Source: an uncultured Candidatus Saccharibacteria bacterium
GTDB lineage: Bacteria > Patescibacteriota > Minisyncoccia > Phycocordibacterales > UBA918
Assembly (NCBI GenBank): GCA_964402035.1
Contig: CAYOAM010000003.1
Span: 162,657-226,656 of the forward strand
Direction: 5' to 3'
DNA length: 64,000 nucleotides
A program made the position numbers and the translations under genes. The stretch's first letter is position 1. The number at the start of each line of letters is the position of its first letter. Shown here in pieces: positions 28,129 to 36,142 of this stretch. Under the pieces are notes generated by a model, which was not told the DNA's origin, did not search any database, and worked only from the letters and a program-made list of their open reading frames with translations.

Positions 28129-29882
28129 ATGACCCAGCTACTGTAAAGAACAAACGTGTTGCTATATACCTCCGTGTCTCCACTGACGAACAGGCTAAGG
28201 AGGGTCACTACGGTTTGAAAGTTCAAGAAGATAGACTTCGACAGTTTTGTGCCAGCCAAGGTTACGAACTCAGTGAAGAACATGTTTACCGTGACGAGGG
28301 CTACTCTGGGACTCTTAAAGTTGAAATGCGACCTGGTCTATCTGCCCTGTATGAAGCAGCAAGGGAAAAACAGTTTGACACGTTGATTGTCTACAAACTC
28401 GATAGACTATTTCGTAATCAAACCAAGCTACTAGTATCACTTGAACAGCTCATAGATTATGGCGTAGGTTTCCAATCAGCAACGCAGTCGTTCGATACGG
28501 ATACATCAACAGGTCGTCTCATGATGCAAATTCTGGGTTCCTTTGCTGAACACGAGCGAGAACTGATTCGTGAACGAATGACAGCCGGTAAACTTCGCGC
28601 AGCTAAAGAGGGTAAATGGGTCACTGGTGTTCCGCCTTACGGATATCGAGTTGACGAAAAAACACAAACACTCATTCCACAAGCTGAAGAAGCTGAGGTT
28701 GTCCAGAAATTCTACGAGTGGTTGGTTTATGAAAAATGCTCTCTGCGTGAAATCACTAAGCGTGCAATAGAACAAAACCTACCGACCCCGAAGCACAAGA
28801 ACGCGAAGGGTAAGAATAGAGTTGGCGGAAAATGGTACAAACGAACCATTAATCGAATTCTGGTCAATGAAGTTTATACAGGTCAGTTTTACTACAACAA
28901 GTACAAACGACCATTCCAATACCTGAATGCTGTACTGGACGAACAACATCAACGACCACAAGAAGACCATATTCTTATCACTGTTCCAGCAATCATTTCA
29001 TCCGATTTGTTTGAGAAGTCGATACAGCAACTGCAAGACAATCGTCGATTCCAAAAACGAAACGAGAAGCGTGTCTACCTGTTTGCTGGACTACTCTATT
29101 CAGGAATATCGGGACGTAAGTTGCAAAGTGGTTATCAAACACCCAAAAAGGATAAGACAACCCCGATTCTAGGGAAGTACTACCATGTATACGTTCCAGA
29201 CATAGACAGGAAACCTACTGATTGCGATAAAAATAACCCTGAAGGGCAATGTGCTGAAAGTCGATTGATTCCTATTTGGGATACGTTGGTCGCGATACTG
29301 AGCGACCCGAAGAACGTAATACCGCAACTGGAAGAGTACACCTTTAAGACCAGCAACGAGGTCAAAGTGAAGAAGGAGTTAGTGCTACTCGAAAAGCAAT
29401 TCGAGACACTTAGAGTAAAGAAGCAACGTGTTCAAGAAGTGTATCTGGAAGCACAAATGGATAAGGACGACTACAACAGTCGGATGAAGCAAGTGAGAAA
29501 GGACGAAAAGGATATAGTCATCCAGAAACAGAAACTGTCACAACTACTCCTAAAACAAGATGAACAAAAAGACCGAGATAAAATCATTCAATCACTCTAC
29601 GGCAGACTAAAAGCCAGAATCAGTAACGTGACCTACGAGGAAAAGCAATACATTCTTCGTTTGTTTGTCGAAAAGATTACTTTACACCACAAGAAAGGAT
29701 ATGCGGAGGTAGCATTCAAGTTCCCACTAAACACGAATGTTCCAACCACTGCACCTGCCAGCATGACAGAGGGTAGGCATATGCGACTGGTACTGCATGT
29801 GAAGATTTATTCTGAAAAAGAACGACGAATTCAAATCTTTCAAAGTGTTCCAGAGATGTGTAAAAAACCAGTAGCAGTATAG
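28125..29882 (+). CDS. Large serine recombinase (integrase)
   Basis: IYLRVST nucleophile, VYKLDRLFR, FAEHERELIRER, PPYGY recombinase domain, C-terminal coiled coil. Confidence 0.95.
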   Translation: MNDPATVKNKRVAIYLRVSTDEQAKEGHYGLKVQEDRLRQFCASQGYELSEEHVYRDEGYSGTLKVEMRPGLSALYEAAREKQFDTLIVYKLDRLFRNQTKLLVSLEQLIDYGVGFQSATQSFDTDTSTGRLMMQILGSFAEHERELIRERMTAGKLRAAKEGKWVTGVPPYGYRVDEKTQTLIPQAEEAEVVQKFYEWLVYEKCSLREITKRAIEQNLPTPKHKNAKGKNRVGGKWYKRTINRILVNEVYTGQFYYNKYKRPFQYLNAVLDEQHQRPQEDHILITVPAIISSDLFEKSIQQLQDNRRFQKRNEKRVYLFAGLLYSGISGRKLQSGYQTPKKDKTTPILGKYYHVYVPDIDRKPTDCDKNNPEGQCAESRLIPIWDTLVAILSDPKNVIPQLEEYTFKTSNEVKVKKELVLLEKQFETLRVKKQRVQEVYLEAQMDKDDYNSRMKQVRKDEKDIVIQKQKLSQLLLKQDEQKDRDKIIQSLYGRLKARISNVTYEEKQYILRLFVEKITLHHKKGYAEVAFKFPLNTNVPTTAPASMTEGRHMRLVLHVKIYSEKERRIQIFQSVPEMCKKPVAV

Positions 29883-29886
29883 GCCG

Positions 29887-30507
29887 TTAATCTTGCTTAT
29901 TAAGTGAGTGGATGACGGCCTTTGCTATACCTACAATTTCGAAGGAATCTGATTTTTTAATTTTCAGGTCTTTATATTCAGGATTGCTAGATCGAAGTAT
30001 TATTTCATTACTCTCCTTAATAACCTTTTTTATTTTAGGTTCACCGTTGTGTAGTACTAACGAAAGTTGGCCTGGAGAATCTAAGGTTTCATCCTTCTGA
30101 AACAGAACTAAGTCACCAGAGTTAATGTTTGGAGACATTGAGTCACCTTTTGCTAACACCGCAAAGATAGAGCTGGGGTCAGAGATATTAAACATCTTTG
30201 TAGATATAGAAATCTTTTCTTCGAGGTTAGACTCACTTACCAAGTCACTAGCATGACCGCAGGAAGCCATTCCATACCTACTGATGGTAACGACATCTTC
30301 TACAGGGCTTTTCAAAACCTCAAAAGTTGAGTTGTCGCCTCTTCGGAGGTAGCCCTTATTTTCTAATTGACGTAAATGGTGAGCCACATTCTGTGCGCTA
30401 CCAAGGTCAGCCTCTTTTGCAATTTGCCAAAGACTCATCTCAGACAAGGCTTCTTCATTTTCAATCAAAAAATTCAGCAGCTTTTGCTGGCTGGGGTGTA
30501 ATTGCAT
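29887..30507 (-). CDS. LexA/CI-like S24 autopeptidase repressor
   Basis: N-terminal wHTH (QNVAHHLRQLENKGYLRR), ASCG cleavage-type site, KGDSM Ser and KIKK Lys. Confidence 0.9.
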   Translation of the reverse strand: MQLHPSQQKLLNFLIENEEALSEMSLWQIAKEADLGSAQNVAHHLRQLENKGYLRRGDNSTFEVLKSPVEDVVTISRYGMASCGHASDLVSESNLEEKISISTKMFNISDPSSIFAVLAKGDSMSPNINSGDLVLFQKDETLDSPGQLSLVLHNGEPKIKKVIKESNEIILRSSNPEYKDLKIKKSDSFEIVGIAKAVIHSLNKQD

Positions 30508-30571
30508 AACAAGAGCAGTATATATGACAGGGAGACATTTGTACACACTTTATTAACAGGAAACGAAACAT

Positions 30572-30599
30572 TTGACGTTTTCCACCGCTACCGTACAAT
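30572..30599 (+). promoter_or_regulatory. Sigma70-type promoter divergent from the repressor
   Basis: TTGACG-16 nt-TACAAT. Confidence 0.65.
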
Positions 30600-30603
30600 A
30601 GTA

Positions 30604-30726
30604 CGAAGAAAGCCAGCTTGCGCTGACTTTCGAACGAATATTATTCCTCTTCAGGTTAGTGTAACACCACTTTCCTGAAGGTCCGACCGACTGGTCTTAC
30701 TTTACATAGTATTCCAGTTGGGCGGG
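30604..30726 (+). ncRNA. Candidate three-hairpin structured leader RNA
   Basis: Three hairpins with complementary loops directly after the promoter. Confidence 0.5.
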
Positions 30727-30744
30727 CTAATCAAGTATTGGCCT

Positions 30745-30963
30745 ATGCGTAAGTATTACGTAAACCACAACGAACAGCCGGAGGGAGAACATGAGGTACA
30801 TGACTGGAATGCGAATTGCTCGCACCCACCACTCATGCAAAATCGTGTTGACCTCGGTTATCACACCACGTGCCGTGGTGCAATCTTTGAGGCACAAAAA
30901 CTTTATCCGCACTCACATGTAAACGGTTGCGCTTACTGTGTTCCAGACTGTAACTCTGACTAG
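30745..30963 (+). CDS. Small Cys/His-rich putative metal-binding protein
   Basis: YYVNHNEQPEGEHEVH...C...C...GCAYCVPDC. Confidence 0.75.
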   Translation: MRKYYVNHNEQPEGEHEVHDWNANCSHPPLMQNRVDLGYHTTCRGAIFEAQKLYPHSHVNGCAYCVPDCNSD

Positions 30964-30965
30964 TT

Positions 30966-31169
30966 ATGGCTCAATACGAACGCAACTCCGGCAAACGCTG
31001 GACAGTGAAAGAGGAAAAGCAACTCCGTTCTCTAGCAAAGGACAACACACCGACACGTGTCATTGGGTTGAAACTTGGCCGCCCTGTAGGGGGAGTGCAA
31101 GCTAAAGCACAAGAACTGGACGTGAGTCTGAAACCAACCAATCAGTCTCCGTACAATCGAAAGAAGTAG
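30966..31169 (+). CDS. Small Myb/GcrA-N-like HTH protein
   Basis: WTVKEEKQLRSLA...IGLKLGRPVGGVQAKAQELDVSL three-helix pattern. Confidence 0.75.
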   Translation: MAQYERNSGKRWTVKEEKQLRSLAKDNTPTRVIGLKLGRPVGGVQAKAQELDVSLKPTNQSPYNRKK

Positions 31170-31374
31170 CAGAACCTTTACAGAGCATAATAGAATCCCT
31201 GCTTGTCAGGGGTTTTGTTATCATTGTGGGACAACTTTCCTAATAGTTGTCCTCCAGTTTATAAGATTTTGAACCCCAAATACTGCCATCTATCGACTTT
31301 TCCGTCATTGGTGGTATTTTTGTTTTACGTGCTATGACGCAAAAACGCCAAGTACCTAAGGAAAAAATCCAAAT

Positions 31375-32586
31375 ATGTGGGTTATCGTTAATGGAACATA
31401 CTCAACCGAGATTGAGGATAGCGTTGTTGAACGTGTTCTTAACCTATACCCAGAAGAGCGGCTTCTGAAACGTAAAGTATTTCAAAGTGCTTTTGCAACA
31501 GGTTCTATCAAACTGTCTGACCTAAAAGATGAATGCGATAAACTACTCATCCCATGGCAGATGTTCCTACTGGATACAGAAAACCACAAGAAGCAAATTG
31601 AACATATTGAAAAGACCAGAGCTGATAAGATTTCAGCTCGACTTCTGGCTAAACGAAAGGGTTCTGGTGATGTTACTTCAAAACGCATTGTAGACCGACT
31701 TATTCGCTTGCAAGGTTTTGTTTCAGCAACAACCTCACTACCGAACAATCCCTATTGCGATTCGCTGAAGAGCAAGAGTGTAAAAGTGGCCGCAAAGCAT
31801 GTAATCGACTATTTCAAAATTGACCAAAACTGGTTCTGGTCAACTCGTGGGAAAGGAACAGCGTTGTCAAAACTAATTTCTTTGGTAGAAGCAAAAAATA
31901 TCAATGTGTGTCAGGGTGTTCTCCAGAATAAAATGCTACCCCATCACTCTGTTGTAGCCGGTGATGTATATAAAAATACCAGCGGTTTTTCTATTAAGGA
32001 CGACAAGGTACCATTTGTATTTTTGCCGAGTGAAATCAACCCTGATGAGGTTGAGAGTCGTCAAATTTTTACACTTATATATCTCTTGGTAATTATTGGT
32101 CTTGGTAAGTATGACTACTACCTAGAGAAGGATTTTAGTACCAAAATGGTAGGAACAGACCGAATCTCTCGCAGAATTTTCGATATTACAACAGAAATTC
32201 TAATCCCCGAATCGGAAACTGATAAGTTGCGAAGTAAGACAATCACGGTATCTATGCGTGACGAGTTGGCGAGTAAGTTTAAAGTCTCACCATCAGCTCT
32301 TATTACCACTTTGCGAATCAGAAAAATAATTACTAAACCAGAATACAACGCATTAATGCCAGAGAAATATAAGCCTGGTACAAGAAAGTCTGGTCCAATG
32401 AATACTCAAAAAATTTCAACTTCAGTACAGAAATTCTGTGGACGAATTGCCGTAACTCACGTCAATGAAGGAATCAGAAAAGGTGGAAGGGGTGGAGGGG
32501 TTGAAAGTATTCAAGCGCAGTACATGCTTTTTGGTGCTGTAAACAAACCGCACTACCATGACTACCGTAAACAAATGGGACTATGA
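31375..32586 (+). CDS. ImmA/IrrE (COG2856)-like protein lacking HEXXH
   Basis: GFSIKDDKVPFVFL...RQIFTLIYLLVIIGLG where RxxFTLAHELxH is expected; EILIP and LASKFKVSPSAL downstream motifs. Confidence 0.7.
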   Translation: MWVIVNGTYSTEIEDSVVERVLNLYPEERLLKRKVFQSAFATGSIKLSDLKDECDKLLIPWQMFLLDTENHKKQIEHIEKTRADKISARLLAKRKGSGDVTSKRIVDRLIRLQGFVSATTSLPNNPYCDSLKSKSVKVAAKHVIDYFKIDQNWFWSTRGKGTALSKLISLVEAKNINVCQGVLQNKMLPHHSVVAGDVYKNTSGFSIKDDKVPFVFLPSEINPDEVESRQIFTLIYLLVIIGLGKYDYYLEKDFSTKMVGTDRISRRIFDITTEILIPESETDKLRSKTITVSMRDELASKFKVSPSALITTLRIRKIITKPEYNALMPEKYKPGTRKSGPMNTQKISTSVQKFCGRIAVTHVNEGIRKGGRGGGVESIQAQYMLFGAVNKPHYHDYRKQMGL

Positions 32587-33023
32587 ATCTAATTGACACT
32601 GTTGGTATCAATCACATTTTTGAAAAATCTCTTAAAATGAGTGAGGTTTATTATCTTGCTCCAGACATTTCTGAGGAAGTCGAGATGACAGAAATGATTC
32701 ACAGTAAACGCATCCCTGATGAGGTCAGATACGCAGCAGAGGTTGATGAATTTGATGAGTCAGTATATTTGCACCATTACAAAATTGCACTGAACTCCTA
32801 TAAAAAACGGTCATTCTATAACATGAAAGGATTTGGTGATGTATCAATTATTGCTACAGTGAAAACAATTCTAGATGGATATAAAAAACAGGATACTGAA
32901 CAGCTTTTTTCAACAAAAGAACCAGTCATTGTTTATACTGGTGATACAAACCTTACAGAAGTCTTAAATGCTGAATTTGATAGCTCGGACGTGCAGGTAA
33001 AAGGGATTGCCGACATTAAATAG
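32583..33023 (+). CDS. PIN-like (DUF4411-type) protein
   Basis: N-terminal LIDT, ISEEV, GDVSIIATV, VYTGD acidic residues; adjoins the ImmA-like gene. Confidence 0.6.
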   Translation: MNLIDTVGINHIFEKSLKMSEVYYLAPDISEEVEMTEMIHSKRIPDEVRYAAEVDEFDESVYLHHYKIALNSYKKRSFYNMKGFGDVSIIATVKTILDGYKKQDTEQLFSTKEPVIVYTGDTNLTEVLNAEFDSSDVQVKGIADIK

Positions 33024-33112
33024 ACGATTCCAACTGGGTGACTGTTGTTGCAGTATCTGTTCCTCAGTTTTGGCGCACTGAGTTGAGTAACAGTTATTGT
33101 AGAAGGTGTCCT

Positions 33113-33155
33113 ACAAAATTGAGGGACAATAACATTGGATGAATTTCCTGAATTT
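33113..33155 (+). repeat. attR junction (TT crossover at 33135-33136)
   Basis: TTGAGGGACAATAACA-TT-GGATGAATTTCCTGAA resumes comM. Confidence 0.85.
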
Positions 33156-33737
33156 GACCGAAGATCAATTGATACGTTGCGCCAACCGCTTGAAGATAAA
33201 GTAGTTTCAATATCGCGCGTACATGGACAGGCAACATTTCCAGCAGACTTCACCCTCGTTGCCGCTATGAACCCCCATCGTGGTACCCACGATGGCAGTG
33301 ACCCGAGTGACAGCATGCTCGATGCATACAAAAAGAAAATTTCAGGGCCCATCATGGACCGCATCGACCTTTGGCTCACTGTTTCACATATACCGTATGA
33401 GGAACTCGCACAAAATGAGAAGCATATCGATCAAAATCGTGACGAAACCAAACGCGCACGAGAACAGGTACAGGATGCACGTCTCAAACAACGGCAACGC
33501 TACGGAGTTGCAACAAAAACAAACGGTGTGCTCTCTGCGCGAGATATTGAGATACATGTGCGCTTGGCGAAAGAAACAGAAACACTACTCATTGAATCTG
33601 CCAAAAAACTAGCACTCTCTCCGCGCGGCTACCACAGACTCATAAAAGTCGCCCGCACTATCGCAGATTTAGAGGGCGCAGATGATATTAAAACCACGCA
33701 CGTCCTCGAGGCGCTCCAATACCGCGCTCGGATATGA
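33135..33737 (+). pseudogene. comM: ComM/YifB 3' part
   Basis: DEFPEF...LRQPLED, AAMNP, SGPIMDRIDL, LSPRGYHRLIKVARTIADL, EALQYR. Confidence 0.95.
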
Positions 33738-33770
33738 AAAAAGCGCTACGATTTTGTAGCGCAGAAAACC

Positions 33771-34382
33771 TTATTGCAACTTGTAGCCACACCCCCACAT
33801 TGGCTCAATGTTTAGCCCATCAGTGCCAAATTCCCTCAGAGCTTTCCTCAATCTGCACACCAATACGTCAACGATTTTTGCGTTAGGAACCGTGTCCCGT
33901 CCGCGATACAACCAGGACAGGATACCTGACTTTGTAACGGCGCCATCGGAGTTCTTGATCAAAATTGCAAGCAGAAGCCCTAGTTGTCTTGAGAGTTTGA
34001 CGCACATGTCTCCACTCTCAAGATTAAATGCTGCCCTCGTTCGCACACCAGGCATTCCCTCTTGATGTGGGTTCTGCCGCAATGTGATCTTTTTATACGT
34101 TAATGTCTCCATGATCCCATTGTCTAACTCGGGAAAAAGAGCGGCACTTACCAAACGATGGGCCGATGCATGAGTTGTGTGCAGCGCATTGGGTGTATCT
34201 TGTGGCGCGGTCAACCACTCTCCGACCATAGCCTCAGAAAGTCCCGGGTAGATGCTTGCTGCTTGAGCTCGTGTCCATGCACCCTCCCTGACGCCATCCA
34301 CTATGTACGCTTTTCGTCGTGGCGTAAGTCGCCGCCACGTATATGCATCCATCTCCAGGTCAATCAGTTTAGCAAATCTCAT
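33771..34382 (-). CDS. Fusion of DUF1153/SciP-like domain and CtrA-like OmpR/PhoB winged-helix domain
   Basis: N-terminal RRLTPRRKAYIVDGVREG...; C-terminal LYRGRDTVPNAKIVDVLVCRLRKAL...IEPMWGCGY; AGGAG RBS before ATG 34382. Confidence 0.7.
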   Translation of the reverse strand: MRFAKLIDLEMDAYTWRRLTPRRKAYIVDGVREGAWTRAQAASIYPGLSEAMVGEWLTAPQDTPNALHTTHASAHRLVSAALFPELDNGIMETLTYKKITLRQNPHQEGMPGVRTRAAFNLESGDMCVKLSRQLGLLLAILIKNSDGAVTKSGILSWLYRGRDTVPNAKIVDVLVCRLRKALREFGTDGLNIEPMWGCGYKLQ

Positions 34383-34661
34383 TGCGCGTACTCCTGTAAG
34401 GTTCAAGCTGGCTGCACACTATCATACATAGTGAGCGATGTAAAAACAGGCGGGCACGGTTATTTTGTTGTAATGATTTTAAAGAAATTCCATACATACA
34501 CCTCGCGCCTCAAAATCGCCATCTGCGAGGCGTCAAGGAAGAAAAGTGCGCGGCAGTGAAATATGCTGGGAGCATATTTCACGATTTCTACAATGAACAT
34601 CTTTGCGACGCCATCCGCCAGCTGGCGGAAACGAAGTAGCTGACGATTTTGGTGCGTGAGG

Positions 34662-35642
34662 TTAGAATGGGTTTTTGGCGCCACGTACTTCAAAGTGTAG
34701 ATGTGCTCCTGTTGAGCGACCAGTCGATCCAACACGTCCCACCGTTTGACCTTGTGCAACATAATCTCCAACAGAAACTGCATTGCTACTCATGTGCGCA
34801 TAGAGCGTCTGCGTGCCATTTGGATGTTTAATAACGACATAGTTTCCATAGCCACCGTTATATCCACCGACACGTGAAAGGATGACATTGCCTGAAGCAG
34901 CAGCAAGGATAGGAGTACCGATGGGCGCACCAAGATCCACACCATTGTATCCATGGATACCCTGCGTTCGTACTGAGCCAGGCAATGGATGCTTGAAATA
35001 GCCACTAGCAATTGAGCCGCCCGCGGATCCTACCGGTTTCTTTTTTGCCGGTGCGGCAACCACTTCACCTCCGGGGATTACGATCGTTGCGCCAGGAGCA
35101 ATATCTGAAGCATCTGCAAGACGATTATACGCAATAATATCATCGACATCACCATGGTATTTCGTGGCAATAGCCTTGAGGGTGTCACCCTTTTTCACGA
35201 CATGACGTACACCTGAAACAGGAAGCACAACCAAAGTATCTCCTGGTTGTATGGTATTTACATCCTTAATATCATTTGCCCATAAAATAGTATGCACCGA
35301 CACGCCAAACATATCTGCAATCTGTGAAAGAGAGTCGTCAGGACGCACCACATAGGTACTAATCTCACCATTATTGATCGCTTTATCTTCGCCTGAAGAT
35401 GGACCGAGACTTGGTACAAGAACGCCGTCTTCATCAACCACAATATCTCCGCCACCAATAGCAGCGTATGGATTGCTATTTATCGCAGCGCGTAAGAGCG
35501 GAACAGTCTGTGCATTATATATATCCGACCCTGTATGTCCTGAAAATTCGGCTTGTGCAGTAAGACCAAAAAACGACGCAACAAAACCAGCCTGTATGAA
35601 TACGGGGGTAAGCAACGCGCCTACAGATGCATACTGCACCAA
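34662..35642 (-). CDS. LysM-domain M23 peptidase
   Basis: Two LysM repeats (YVVRPDDSLSQIA, HVVKKGDTLKAIA), HGYNGVD, LYAHMS, HLHFEV; start uncertain. Confidence 0.9.
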   Translation of the reverse strand: MVQYASVGALLTPVFIQAGFVASFFGLTAQAEFSGHTGSDIYNAQTVPLLRAAINSNPYAAIGGGDIVVDEDGVLVPSLGPSSGEDKAINNGEISTYVVRPDDSLSQIADMFGVSVHTILWANDIKDVNTIQPGDTLVVLPVSGVRHVVKKGDTLKAIATKYHGDVDDIIAYNRLADASDIAPGATIVIPGGEVVAAPAKKKPVGSAGGSIASGYFKHPLPGSVRTQGIHGYNGVDLGAPIGTPILAAASGNVILSRVGGYNGGYGNYVVIKHPNGTQTLYAHMSSNAVSVGDYVAQGQTVGRVGSTGRSTGAHLHFEVRGAKNPF

Positions 35643-35783
35643 TAGAGTGTATTTTTTATAATATGTCGTCGAAACCTTCGCGGCGAGAGTGGTTAGTGAA
35701 GGGTCGATGTCCTGTTGGTTGAGTTCAATAAGCCTTTTTATTATGGACGCGCCGCAATGCAGAGAGCGAAGGAAATTCAGAGA

Positions 35784-35907
35784 AGAAAGAAAATAGAGCC
35801 TCGAAGCTCTACACTTTTTTTGATAGGTTCACCCACTTCAACTGATTAACGCCAGAAGAAATGAGGTGCATTTCTGATGCACCATCTATCGGTACCAAGT
35901 CGGTACA
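35784..35907 (-). ncRNA. Candidate leader RNA/sRNA ending in a terminator upstream of the M23 gene
   Basis: TTGATT-16-TATAGT promoter, multibranch fold, TAGAGC/GCTCTA hairpin with U-tail. Confidence 0.4.
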
Positions 35908-36142
35908 GGTACCACTATAGCGGAGTAAAAAGGAGAATCAATTGACGAAAGAAGAATTGTCCACAGCAGTCGTCCTAAGCCTTTTTTGGCCTTATAAATA
36001 GGGATATTTTAGCTATTGACTAGATATGTTTATTGTTGGTTAATTTGTGTACGGTGTAATAATCTTTCCAAACGCCTTTTTGAACTTTTCAATGCCGTTC
36101 GTCTTAATTACAATTACCGGCATGCTATAGTGGCGCACATAC

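Larger units (their letters stand above)
22399..33136. mobile_element. ~10.7 kb serine-integrase integrative element inserted in comM
   Basis: Splits comM inside Walker B (VLFL|DEFPEF); AT-rich relative to flanks; encodes LSR, repressor, Rep-like and defence cargo; symmetric reconstituted attP. Confidence 0.93.

Noticed and set aside
30508-30571. Canonical SOS box upstream of the S24 repressor
   Set aside because: No clean CTGT-N8-ACAG or GAAC-N4-GTTC match; operator not identifiable by eye.
22399-33136. Complete prophage or conjugative ICE
   Set aside because: No terminase, capsid, tail, lysis, relaxase or mating-pair genes within the att boundaries.
33135-33737. Independent 200-aa gene starting at TTG
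   Set aside because: It begins mid-Walker B and is the 3' half of the interrupted comM.
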